Of a stretch of 52,514 bases of DNA, positions 34,112-46,872 are shown piece after piece. The notes beneath the pieces are model-generated. The model searched no databases, was not told the origin of the DNA, and worked only from the letters and a program-made list of their open reading frames with translations. Positions within the stretch are counted from its first letter, which is position 1. Every line of letters starts with the position of its first letter. The DNA is from Octopus sinensis (Eukaryota): positions 1 to 52,514 of the forward strand of contig NW_021833949.1 of the NCBI RefSeq assembly GCF_006345805.1, read 5' to 3'. Both the position numbers and the translations under genes were made by a program.

Positions 34112-35334
34112 TTACTAAGATTTTTAGAATTACATTTTCTTCTATACTTAAAAGAATGAGAATGATTATGAATTCTAAATTTCCAAATTGCAGCAGATGA
34201 ATCTATGTAAAAATACTTATGATCTCCTGTTATTACCTTACACTAATACACTATATTTTTCCTAAAACACTGATTTTCTCAAGGACAGACAATTTAGTCC
34301 TTTACAATAACACAGGCATTTATTCACTAAAATTTGGTACCCGTGTTTCAAATAATTTCTACTAGTACTCCTCTCAGAATTAGGTGTTGATTTAACTGTA
34401 TTATCAGAGTCTGAATTATTTTTACTTAAGAACCGAAATCCAGTTTCATAAGAAATATACTTATTTCTCATTTGATGTTAAAATCACTGGATAAAATTAC
34501 TAATTAAAGAAAACTGCAGACTCCTAATTAACTACATTAAACCTGGTACCTCATTTGATGGGAGGCATGGGGACAACACTATCAAATGATGTTAGAAATA
34601 TTAATGATTAGATTGAATTTTCAGGTTCTCTAGGATTGGGGTGCCAGAAAAAACTGGATAAGTATTCCGATTTAATCTGTAATAAGGAGCCTTGTCTTGT
34701 CATCAGGGATCAGAGAGAGTGAAGCAGCTAAGGTTCTTAAACTGTTGTAGTGTGATAGTTGCAGGAAAAACAATTGTGAAGGGAAAATTCCAGAATGCTG
34801 TGAACATGCAAAGGAAAGGCTGAACACAGTTGTTAGTAAAAGGACTTCAGGGAGGGAAAAAAAAGTATGAGTAATGAAAAAGGAAAAACGAGAGAGTTGG
34901 AAGAACTTGAGTGGAGGTAGTCTATGATAAACAAGGTTCAGGAAAGAGAGATGACCGTACTAGCAGTTGAAAAGACAGCAAGATGAGACAGTTCATCAGT
35001 GAGCCAAAGTTTTGAGTATGTGAGAGAAGAGACAGTTCACCAGTGAGCCACAGGTTAGAGTTTGTTGGCGAGGAACTTTATGACAATCTATCACATAGCC
35101 TTTCTTCCTATGACACAGTCTGTCTCTGTGGCACTACGTAATGTCTCTTACTAGATCTTTGTGGAGGATAAGTAGTTATTGGTCACAGATTTTCTGACTT
35201 TAAAGAGAAAAGATAGTCTTTGCGATGCAGTTTTTTTTTTTTAGACTAAAAGTGTATGTTCAGAAGGAAAAAAAACCTTAAAAACAATGAAGGCTTGAAT
35301 TTCTTGCAAAATTTAGGGTTCTAGTTCCAAACTG

Positions 35335-35545
35335 ATCCTCATCATCAACATTTAACGCCTGTTTTCCATGCTGGCATGGGTTGGATGGCTTGACAGGAAC
35401 TGGCTAGGCCAGGGGCCATGCTGGGTTCCATAGTCTGTTTGTCATGGTTCCTACAGCTGGATACCCTTCCTGATGCCAACCACTTTACAGAGTGTACTGG
35501 GTGCATTTTACATGGACCCAACACTTAAACCAATGCTTCTTATAT
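35335..35545 (-). mobile_element. Family E copy without minisatellite
   Basis: GGTTGGCATCAGGAAGGGTATCCAGC module. Confidence 0.7.
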
Positions 35546-36161
35546 GGCACCTTGGTTTTAGGGTCTCAATTCTGTTGCAGTGGGCAGATTTTGTGTACAG
35601 CAATGAACCACATATCCAAGTCCTGTCATCTCCTTCATAAGGCTCAGCATTTTGAGCGGGTGGCAGTAATGTTTTCTGAATATGAGTAGTGATTTTTGTA
35701 TTTTTGTTGCTGAAGGAGTCAAGACTGACATGTTGGTATAATTTCATTGTGGGTTGCTTACGAGGTCTATGATCATGGGGTCAGTGAAGAATTGGCATAA
35801 GGTGTCTAGGTTGCATGGGGATGAAGCTTGCGTAAGGTAGGTTATGGAGGGGTGGACAAAACCAAACTGGGATACACTAGAGCTGATAGAACATAGTCAA
35901 AAAGAGACCAATCAACACATGCTGAGATGGTGTGATCTAACAGGAAGCCACTAACCCAGGAGATGATGAATGGACAGAGTCCATAGGCAAGAAGCTGGAA
36001 GTGAGAAAGAGATTAAGAGAGTTTGCAATTTCTGTATGTTGGTCAAAGAAAGATGTGGGTAGAGAGTGAAACCAGTTGATGCAAAGAGTGGAGGACTGCA
36101 AGAGATTTTGGTTCAGCTCAAATGGCATTGATTTTGATGTCAAAGCCAAGTTGAGTGACTG

Positions 36162-36539
36162 TCTTTTACTCTTTTACTTGTTTCAGTCATTTGACTGTGG
36201 CCATGCTGGAGCCTTTAGTCGAGCAAATCGACCCCAGGACTTATTCTTTGTAAGCCTAGTACTTATTCTATCAGTCTCTTTTTGACGAACCGCTAAGTTA
36301 CCGGGACGTAAACACACCAGCATCGGTTGTCAAGCAATGTTGGGAGGACAAACACACACACACATATATATATATATACATATATACGATGGGCTTCTTT
36401 CTGTTTCCATCTACCAAATCCACTCACAAGGCCTTGGTCGGCCCGAGGCTAGAGTAGAAGACACTTGCCCAAGGTACCATGCAGTGGGACTGAACCCAGA
36501 ATCATGTGGTTGGTAAGCTAGCTACTTACCACACAGCCA
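36162..36539 (-). mobile_element. SINE family A, full length
   Basis: All modules present. Confidence 0.9.
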
Positions 36540-36827
36540 AGAGTAAGGTGAGATGAATGTACTTGATGCAGGAAGAGATGTGGTTGATGATTTGTTAGAG
36601 GTCAGAAGAGTTTGCATTAGAGGAAGTAGATGTATTTGGAGTAACCTCTGTATCCAATCCTTCCTAAGAACATCGACTGTCTGGAATTTCCTCACTACTC
36701 ACATCATTCCTAGAAGAGTTTAAATCAGGCAAGGATAACATATTTTGAGAAGCAGCCCTTACGAGACATGGCTCATCCTCACATAAGTCATATTACTAAA
36801 ACAAAAAAAAAAGTAGACACCAGCAAT

Positions 36828-37618
36828 AGGTGGTCCACAAAAGTTGGAATTCCTCTGTTTTGACAGGAATCTTTCAGATTTTCATTTTTTCACAATGTCT
36901 TTAGAAATGATCTGCAGCATCGTTTTAACAAAAAAAACGTTTTCGTAAAATGTTTTTTTAAGCCCCACCCCCATCTTCTGTCTCTGGACTGATTTTGGTC
37001 ACTTTTGTGGGAACTATGCATGATGATGTTTTGGCACACAATGCACTTGAAAAACTATAGGAGAAACCTTTGCTCTGAAAAAAAAAAGGAGATATTTTTA
37101 GATGAGAAGCTGTGATTTAATGGAGATTTGACTGTTGTTGCTAGCATATTCCATGACCACCTTCCTTGTTTCTTTCTCACTCTGATTATTTTCAATATTT
37201 TCTCTCCATTAATAGCATAAACTCAGTTATGTTATTAAAAACATTTTTTTGAAAATTTATGATTTTTGTCAACCTTAAATCTTACTGGTCATAGGATATG
37301 CTAGAAACAACAGCCAAATCTCCCTTAAATCACACACCTTTATGTCTGAAAATATTTACATCTTTGTTTTATTTATTCCCAAAAAAAGCTTCTACAGTTT
37401 TTAAGTGTGTAGTGCCCGCAAAAATCATCATATATAGTGCCCACAAAATCAACCAAAATCAGTTCAGAGAGGGGAGGATGGTGGGGGGGGGGAGTATTTC
37501 TTGAAAATTTTTTTTTTTTTGTTAAAAGGATGCTCCAGATTATTTCCAAGGGTACTGTGAAAAGAAATCTGAAACAACTCTGTCAAAACAGAGAAATTCC
37601 AACTTACGTGAGCCACCT
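36828..37618. mobile_element. MITE with about 270-bp degenerate terminal inverted repeats
   Basis: GTTGGAATTCCTCTGTTTTGACAG versus CTGTCAAAACAGAGAAATTCCAAC; inverted similarity continues about 270 bp inward. Confidence 0.7.
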
Positions 37619-37959
37619 TTTGTTGATATCAGCCTCCCAAAAAAATTATGGTAATTTTTCATTGGCATGCTATTCAGAAAGTCCTGCAGATCATAGTTTT
37701 TCCCATGATTTGTTTAAAAAGACCATTAATAGTATCGATCTTACCTGTCTCAGAGAGCTTGCAAGGGTTATGGTTGCTGCCCTTTCTGCCAAACTCAGCA
37801 AGTGTAAAAAGAGAAAGAATAAGTGAAGAGAAAGTGGGGAGATGAAAGAGGGAACAATGGAGGAAATGAATGAAGTTAGTAAGTTCTGATAGATGTGCAC
37901 TGTCACTCTACAAAAGTGCAAATGGGTAAAGAGAAAACTTTGATATAAGAAAATTTGAT

Positions 37960-38175
37960 GTTGCATGCAAGAGAAAACTGCAATGGTTTGGTCTTATGAT
38001 GCATATGGATGAGGACAGCTATATAAAAGAGTGCCAGACACTTAAAGTAGATGGATCTTGTGGAAGAGGGAGAACAAGGAAGATGCAAGACAAAGTGGTA
38101 AAGATGAATCTCAGGATATTGAGCTTCTTGGAAAAAATGACAAAAGACCAAGATGGTTAGTGATTCACTGTGCTC
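37960..38175 (+). mobile_element. RTE-like LINE 3' fragment
   Basis: LQWFGLMMHMDEDSYIKECQTLKVDGSCGRGRTRK..VVKMNL..MTKDQDG. Confidence 0.8.
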
Positions 38176-38659
38176 ATGTAGACCCAATCATTATGGTAGA
38201 AGTGAGGTCCTAAAAGTATTATGCTTATCCTCATACATACTGGGCCCTTTAGCTAATCTATCTACATCAAGCATTCCACCCTCCCACAGGTGCCTCCATC
38301 ACTCTTGTATCTCTGGTACTACTCAATTGCTGTAATCATTTGAGAGTAGAACAGCATGTGCTTCATTCTCCCTTGGGTAGAACCAGTTACCCTTCTCCCA
38401 TTATCATCCCTATCTCTACTACTTTCCTCTTACCAACCCCTATCAGTGCTTCCAATAATCTTTCACTCTACTCTGAGATTTATCATAGGTCCACTATGCC
38501 TTATCTTTAATGTCTTTCCCATCTGCGATCATTCTCAGCACCATTTCACATCTGCTACCCATGCTCCACTTGCTATAGCATCCCTCATGTATCTCTAACC
38601 CCTATCTCTGCCACAGTTCCTTTTCCTTTCTTTACTTTGTCTAACAAATTACTTGGTGG

Positions 38660-38850
38660 CCTCACTTGTGGACACTGTCACGAAAAATGCACCCAGTGAA
38701 CACTGTAAAGTGGTTGGCATTAGGAAGGACATCCATCTGTAGAAACCATGCTGAAACTGACCCTGGGGCCTGATGTAACTCTGTGGCTCATCAGATCCAG
38801 TCAGACTGTCCAACCCATGACGGCATGGATAACAGATGTCAAATGATGAT
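38660..38850 (+). mobile_element. Family E copy
   Basis: GGTTGGCATTAGGAAGGACATCC module, ends in GATGAT. Confidence 0.7.
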
Positions 38851-39194
38851 ACACAAGCACATATACATAAATACATCCATGCACATACATACATATCAAC
38901 ATGACATGCACATACATACATACAACCATTCGTGGACTCTCAACTACTATATCACATCACACTTTGAAGGCTATGCATTTGCAGTGCAAAAGCTAGAGAT
39001 GCTACAAAATGCCTAATAAACAAAAGAAACAGCGTGGCCCCTGGAACCCTGATATGAAACTAAAGATGTTGATTATGTTTGTCACATTTCCAGAGAAGAC
39101 ATCATACATGTGATCAACAGTAGTCCAAAAACTCTTCAAGGTACTCTTTTCCAATGTGACATGATATGTGAAAGCAATACACAGTGCGGCGGAC

Positions 39195-39605
39195 GTTTTT
39201 TTTTCTTTACAGAATTCCGCCATTTTTGAGTACAGAGATTCTGATTCTGCAAAAAAAAAGAAAAACAGCATTTTAAAATTTTTATCCCCCCCCTTTCCTC
39301 CAAATTCTTCAATTATCATTTTTTTCAGAAATGTCTTTTTGCAAAATATGTAGGAAAATACAGAGCTTCAATTTTCACTTTTTCAGAAATTTTTTTAGCA
39401 AAATACATAGAAAAATATGGAGATAATCTCTGTATTTTTCTACGTATTTCACAAAAAAAAAATTTCTGGAAAAAGTGAAAATAGAAAAAATTTGGTGGGG
39501 TGGGGGTGGAGGTAAAATTAAACTACTGTTTTTTTTTCTTTTCTTTTTTTTTTGCAGAATCAGAATCTCTGTACTTGAAAATGGGGGATTTTGTAAAAAA
39601 AAAAA
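39195..39605. mobile_element. MITE with about 60-bp inverted repeats
   Basis: GTACAGAGATTCTGATTCTGCAAAAA versus TTTTTGCAGAATCAGAATCTCTGTAC. Confidence 0.7.
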
Positions 39606-39614
39606 CCCAGAAAA

Positions 39615-39849
39615 ACAGTGCTACCTAAAGATACAAAAAGACTGTCCTGGGATAAATATAGAGAATCCTTTGTTATTGAATAAGATATACAAACCTCAAC
39701 ATAAGAAATATTGTTGAAATATTCTCATCAAAACTGCTACCAAGTGCAAGGGCTGGATATTATGGTCTGGGACAGATTATATGTGCCATTATAGACATCA
39801 GCTGCCCTACTGATGTGAGTATCTCTATGAAAATCTAAGAGAAAGAGGA
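39615..39849 (+). repeat. 235-bp local duplication, copy 1
   Basis: 4 mismatches against 40821-41055. Confidence 0.95.
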
Positions 39850-39871
39850 TAACAATAAGTATCTGCTTTAA

Positions 39872-40092
39872 CTCTTTTGTTACCAACCCGACTGAAACCG
39901 GCTCTGGCTCTTTAGTATAAATGTCTTGTTTTCATAAGCTTTGAATTCAAATCTTTCACCAAATCTTAGTCACAATTTATGTTCCTAACACTAGCTCAAT
40001 GATAACTAAGTTATTTTACTAAATTCTTTGTTATATTTAGAGTAATTGAAAGAAACACAGAGCATCTCAAAATAAATACAATAACAAAAGGG
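39872..40092. mobile_element. piggyBac-type MITE
   Basis: TTAA TSD at 39868-39871 and 40093-40096; TIRs CTCTTTTGTTA/TAACAAAAGGG. Confidence 0.8.
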
Positions 40093-40391
40093 TTAAAACA
40101 TTCAGTTGGTGCATTTGGTCATGTGAGTAAATACCAAAGTGACACTCTAAAAAAAAAAAAGCTAAGGTTTTCAGAAAAGGGAATCAACCAGCTCACATGC
40201 ACATTACAAATAGAATCAGTAAGCGGAGCAGTAAAATTATACAAGACTTTTCTCAAGTTCAAAATGTGACATTGTTTTTACTGCTGACATTCCAACAATG
40301 AAGCTTTGTTTGATACCAACTCCTTCTTTATAGGAAGACTTCAAATAATTAAAAGTAAAAGAGAACATATGTACATGCGTGCTCACATGCA

Positions 40392-40423
<32 letters not shown>

Positions 40424-40504
40424 CATACTATAAGGCCATCACAGTGTGAAATAGGTATAAGAACAGTGATGTTATATGGAAGTGAGTAAGATATTAGCAT
40501 TGCA

Positions 40505-40736
40505 AGGCGGCGAGTTGGCAGAAACGTTAGCACACCAGGCGAAATGCATAGCCGTATTTCGTCTGCTGTTACGTTCTGAGTTCAAATTCCGCCGAGGCTG
40601 ACTTTACCTTTCATCCTTTCGGGGTTGATAAATTAAGTACCAGTTACACATTGGGGTCGATGTAATCGACTTAATCCATTTGTCTGTCCTAGTTTGTCCC
40701 TTCTATGTTTAGTCCCTTGTGGGCAGTAAAGAAATG
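40505..40736 (+). mobile_element. SINE family B tail-A monomer with 14-bp TSD
   Basis: AGATATTAGCATTG at 40489-40502 and 40737-40750. Confidence 0.9.
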
Positions 40737-40820
40737 AGATATTAGCATTGTCTGTGTAAGATCTGCAGAAGGTAGAGGCCACTGGTAATCCACTGGATGT
40801 GTAATTCTTTACGTCTGCCC

Positions 40821-41055
40821 ACAGTGCTACCTAAAGATACAAAAAGACTGTCCTGGGATAAATATAGAGAATCCTTTGTTATTGAATAACATATACAAAC
40901 CTCAGCATAAGAAATATTGTTGAAATATTCTCATCAAAACTGCTACCAAGTGCAAGGGCTGGATATTATGGTTTGGGACAGATTATATGTGCCATTATAG
41001 ACATCAGCTGCCCTACTGATGTGAGTATCTCTATGAAAATCTAAGTGAAAGAGGA
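40821..41055 (+). repeat. 235-bp local duplication, copy 2
   Basis: See 39615-39849. Confidence 0.95.
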
Positions 41056-41139
41056 AACCAGAAGTGAACAGAGCCAATGGTATTTTAAAGGCATCAGCGG
41101 AAGCATTCTACCAGAAATAATTCTAATTTTGGTAACAGG

Positions 41140-42782
41140 TTAGTAATTTTGAGGAGGTGGGGCAACTCATTTACATCGACTCCAGTACTTGACTGGTATT
41201 TATTTAATCGACCCTGAGAGGAAGAAAGGTAAAAAGCAACTTTGTTAGAATGTAAAGGTGGAAGAAATGCTACTTAGCATTTTGTCTGGCATGCTAAAGA
41301 TTCTGCTGGCTTATTGTCTTTTCTACTATAGGAAAAGGCCCTAAATTTTGGGGGAGGGACTAGCTAATTATATCAACCCCAGTGCTCAACTGGTACTTAT
41401 TTTATTGACTCCCAAAAATGATGAAAGACAAAGTTGATCTCAGCAGAATTTGAACTCAGAATTTAAAACCAAAAGAAATGCCACAGAGTATTTTGTCTGG
41501 TGTGCTAATGATTCTGCCAGCTCACAACCTGAATAATAATCCTTTCTACTAAAGGCGCAAGGCCTGAAATTTTGTGGAAGAAGACTAGTTGATTGCACCA
41601 ATCCCAGTGTTGCACTGGTACTTAATTTACTGACCTTGAAAGGATGAAAGGCAAAGTCAACCTTGGTGGAATCTGAACTCAGAATGTGCAAATGGACAAA
41701 ATGCTACAAACCATTTTGCCTGATATGCTAACAATTCTGCCAGTTTACCACCTTATATAATAATGGTGAAAGCAATCTTTTCCACTGTGGAGGCACATGG
41801 CCTAGTGGTTAGAGCATCGGACTCGCAGTCGAGGGATCGCGGGTTCGAATCTCAGACCGAGCAATGTGCGTGTTTATGAGTGAAACACCTAAGCTATACG
41901 CTACTCCGGCAGAAGGTAGCAGTGAACTTCTGCTGAGTCTTTTGCCACAACTTTCACTCTTTCCTCCTGCATCTTGCAGCTCACCTGTGATGGACCGACG
42001 TCCCGTCCAGGTAGGCAACCTATACACCAAGGAAACCGGGAAACCAGCCCTTATGAGCCAAGCATGGCTTGAGAAGGAACCAACAATCTTTTCTACTATA
42101 GGTACAAAATCTGAGATTAGGGAGAGGAGGAAAGTCAGCTACAATAACTAGTGCTTATTTCATCAACCCCAAAAGGATGAAAGACAAAGTCAATCCAGCA
42201 TCTAACGAATCAGAAAAATTGCTTATAAGTAGTTTTTCTGGCATGATTTTATTACAGATGGGGGAAGTTGATTACATTTAATCAATCACAGTTCTTGATT
42301 GGTACTTAGTTTATTGATCTTAAATGGGTTGAAGGCAAAGTTGACCTCAGTGGAATTTGAGCTCAGAGAGTCACTAAGCATTTTATCTATCATGCTTATG
42401 GTTCTGTCAGCTCACCACCTTAATAATAAAAGTATGAAAGTTTGGTACCAGTGTTTCACTGGTACTTAATTTATTAACCCACTGAATAAATGAAAGGTTA
42501 AGTTGACCTTAGCAGAATTTGAACTCAGAATGTAAAGGCAGGCGAAATTCTTATCTCTTTATTGCCCACAAGGGGCTAAACTTAGAGAGAACAAACAAGG
42601 ACAGACAAAGGGATTAAGTCGATTATATCGACCCCAGTGCGTAACTGGTATATATTTAATCGACCCCGAAAAGATGAAAGGCAAAGTCGACCTCGGCAGA
42701 ATTTGAACTCAGAACGTAGTAGCAGACGAAATACTGCTAAGCATTTCGCCCGGTGTGCTAACGGTTCTGCCAGCTCGCCACC
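41140..42782 (-). mobile_element. Cluster of about six family B SINE copies, including a dimer at 42425-42782
   Basis: Repeated GAATTTGAACTCAG and AAAGTCGACC motifs separated by TAATAAT. Confidence 0.8.
41786..42085 (+). mobile_element. Chimeric SINE: family C head with the family D tail
   Basis: GATGGACCGACGTCCCGTCCAGG..GAAACCGGGAAACC tail as in 17513-17769. Confidence 0.75.
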
Positions 42783-42796
42783 TTAATAATAATAAT

Positions 42797-43173
42797 AACG
42801 AGAGCACTCAGAGAGCACAAACCTCGGCAAAGGTAACACCAATGTCCTCTCAACAATTAGCTGGAGATGATTTTTAAAATGAGAATATCTGAAATAAACT
42901 TGACGGCTCTCACAAACGAGAATACTAAAAAATTAACCCAACTACTCTAAAAAATTTAGTAAAAAAAAAAAACAGGAAAAATAATCTAGATTCTTTGTCC
43001 AGAATTGGATCGATCCCAAAATCTAATCAGTTTGAGTCAGTCATGAGGCCAAACATTCCTGAAAGTTTCATCTGAATCCATCCAGCTGTTCTTGAGATAT
43101 CTTTCCACGGACAAACAAAGAAACAAACACGACTGTAAACAATACTTCAGCCTTCGCTAAGGCAGAGGCAATA
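42797..43173 (+). mobile_element. Helentron-associated (DINE-1/HINE-like) element
   Basis: 5' ACCTCGGCAAAGG sub-terminal repeat, 3' CCTTCGCTAAGG hairpin then GGCAGAGG, inserted in a TAA run. Confidence 0.6.
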
Positions 43174-43189
43174 ACGATCTGATGAAAGG

Positions 43190-43415
43190 CAGCAATATGG
43201 CAGAAATGTTAGCATGTCGGGTAAAATGCTGAGCAGTATTTCATCTGTCTTTACATTCTGAGTTCAAATTCAACTTTGTCTTTCATCGGGGTTGGTAAAT
43301 TAAGTACCAGTTACGTGCTGAGGTTGATAAAATAAAGTATCAGCCAAGTACTGGAGTCAATGTAATATATATATAGCCACTCAGCCCTAAAACTTCAGGC
43401 CTTGTTCCTAGAATT
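43190..43415 (+). mobile_element. SINE family B, degenerate, tail B
   Basis: Head, B-box and tail match. Confidence 0.75.
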
Positions 43416-44451
43416 ATAAATTTCTCCTCAAAGGAATTGTGATTTTTATAATTTGACATGCGAAACAGCACAAGTGTAGAAATCTTCAATGAATTTGTAC
43501 CCATGTACGTCAAACTGAAAAAAGTTTGTTATGTCCATTACAGTCTGAGATCAGATCCCACAGGAGTCAATTTTACATTCATTCTAACTCCAAATTAAGC
43601 CTTCATTGAAGATCCATTATAAAAGCCATTCCACCTATGATAATCCTGCTTTTCTTTAGAGATCAGTTACCATATTGTCCAATATATTATTGTTTATTTA
43701 AGATAGTAAACTCTTATTTGAGTGGATCTGTTGTTTCTGGTTGAGTGGCTGTATACAGGCTTCCGTCATGGTAAAGTACCGGGGTCGATGAAACAGACTG
43801 TGGACAGATTCATCTCCTTAAGAAGTGAGTCCCCGAGGCAGTGTTAAAAGACCATCTTGTCATATTTATGGTCAAACCGTTCTAACTATTCCTCCCATGT
43901 CTTCACTTTAGACTTACATTGTGAAATAAAATATAAAAAAGATTTGTTGTACATATTACAAAGGTGTCATTACAAATCATATCGAACATTTTCTTTAGCT
44001 AAATAAATAGATACATTGATTTGGAAATGAATATTTTAAAATGAAACAGCAGACCGCATCTTTTGGTAAAAGAATATAATCGATTTTTCTGACCTCAGTT
44101 CTGTATTTAATCAATCTACGAAGAATGAAAAAGAAAAGCGATCAGTGGGATTTGAACTCAGAACATAAAAGGACGTAACTAAGTACACCATTGAATACCT
44201 CCAGTCAAAGCCTTCTTTAAACCAAGATACGAAATTATTTCCTCTGACCTTTCCTTACAAAATTCAAACTTTCTACATTTAAAAAATTTTATTTTACAGC
44301 AATGCTGATTAAAATAATTAAAGTTTCGAAGAAGAAAATTAGGGATATGAAAAATTGATCGGAAGAATATGAAAAAATTAAAATAGCCGGTATCAGCACT
44401 CTTAATCGATAGAAAACATAAAACAAAAAGTTCAACTAAAATGAAGGTTCG

Positions 44452-44481
44452 GTTGCCATAGCAACAATAACAATGGCGGCG
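44452..44481. promoter_or_regulatory. RFX X-box GTTGCCATAGCAAC with adjacent YY1-like ATGGCGGCG
   Basis: X-box at 44452-44465 matches GTTNCCATRGNAAC; lies in CpG-retaining unique sequence. Confidence 0.55.
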
Positions 44482-45494
44482 ACGTTGTTAAGCGAGTGAA
44501 ATTATAAACAAAATACCAAACTTGAGAACTGTGTCAATATAAGGCAAATAACGTTTATGAAATTCAATGAAAAAGATAGCAGTACATAAATTTCATGTAA
44601 CTCGCTAAAACGAAATCAATAAAAAGCAAGAGAAACGAACGAACATTTAAAAATATTCCGTTACATTTTTCTCTATAGCAAAAAGGAACAAACAAAAAAA
44701 ATACCTTTACCAAATTATAAAAAAAAATACTGAAAGAGAATGATTATTTCAGGATACAAACTTCAAAGCTAAATTTTTTTATCAGAATCATAGTTTACAC
44801 GAGATATAGTAAATGTACTTGACGGTGCACGAAAAAAGCATTGGCAGACGACATAAATACAAATGAAATGTAAACAAACCTGAATCCCGCCTGTCCGCCA
44901 TACTTTGTCCCACAATGCATCAGTGTTTCCACTTAGATAAGAAGAAAGCGAGTGAAGGGAGAAGATTATTTTTATCGTCGCCTCTTTACTTATCTAGCTA
45001 TTTATTTTTTTAAACAACAACACCAACAAACAAACACATACACACACATTTATCTATATTTTATACATTCATTCATTCACACACACACAAAAAAAACAAA
45101 CAAAGAAAAATATATTTCCCACACACACACACACACACATATAATGTTTAATTCTCTCAATTGAACTAATTATCTTAAACCCATTATTAAACTCTTAATT
45201 ACTCGAGAAGATTATCTAAGAAATTCACTGAAATATCTGTCTCTCTGCACACTTTTACATTACTGAAACGTTATTATGGTCTTCACGGTTTCAAACTCTG
45301 ACTGCGTCAATAGAGGTGTCACCAGATTCGTAAGTACTTTTACTATCAGTTTCACTTTTGTCCATTTATTTACACCTTTTCTTTCTCTTTAATTCAATTT
45401 CATTCGTTTATTGGCACACGCAAATATAATATACACAATGCCCAAGAGCTTGTGCTCCTCTTTCTCATATAATCTCTATGTCTCTCTCTCACAC

Positions 45495-45950
<456 letters not shown>

Positions 45951-46308
45951 ATTGGGTTGGTGATGTCACATTGCCACAGTTCTTTGCAAATGAAGTGGTT
46001 CCTTATGGTGAGACAGAGTCGTGGTTAACTCGGAGTTTATTCGTTTCCCTCTCCTCAATCATCATCAGGGAAAGAGAAACACCGAGGTAGCCACTTATAT
46101 ATACTCACTAACCATCCAACACACATGTATATATACACATACATATATAAATGAATTGAGAGAGAGAGAAAGAGAGAAGGTTCACACACCACACACACAC
46201 ACACTGAATATCCCATTCTTATTTTCTGATTCCTAATAAATTCAAATTTATGATATTGCTTTCTAATATTGAAAAGCAGTTCCCTTTCTATATATATATA
46301 TGTATATA

Positions 46309-46357
<49 letters not shown>

Positions 46358-46838
46358 CACACACACCCTTATTCGAAATAAATAGCCTTATTTGCTCATA
46401 ATAATAATGAAGAATTGTTCTTTTATTGGTGCTATTCTCTACATGGTGTGTATTAGTTAAGATCTATCAATATATGCAGATCGATTTGCATCAATTACAT
46501 CATCAATGTCTAAATAAACAATGATGTGTGTGTGTGTGTGTATAGTGTTCTCTTCTTCGCTCTTTTAATTCTGTTCTTCGTCTGCTGGGAAATGCGGAAT
46601 GAATGCTTTTTAAGTTTTTCAATGGAAAAAAGAAAGTGCGTATACATATATATACATATATATATATATATGTGTGTATGTATGTATATGTATATATAAT
46701 AGCTTGGAAATGGTTAAAAGCCCAACCAGATTCTGTCATTTGTGATGTGTCTAAGATGTACATAGCACCCACATCTGTGTTGCCAAACCTATGATCAGAT
46801 GCGTTCTAACCGTGCCATCCCGGTTCTACTATTATTAC

Positions 46839-46872
<34 letters not shown>

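Noticed and set aside
34262-34471. 69-aa S/N-rich ORF as a first coding exon
   Set aside because: Only weak donor sites and no homology recognised.
39181-39621. ACAGTGC on both sides of the MITE as a TSD
   Set aside because: The sequence left of the MITE does not match the sequence left of the duplicate at 40821, and the ends do not form TIRs.
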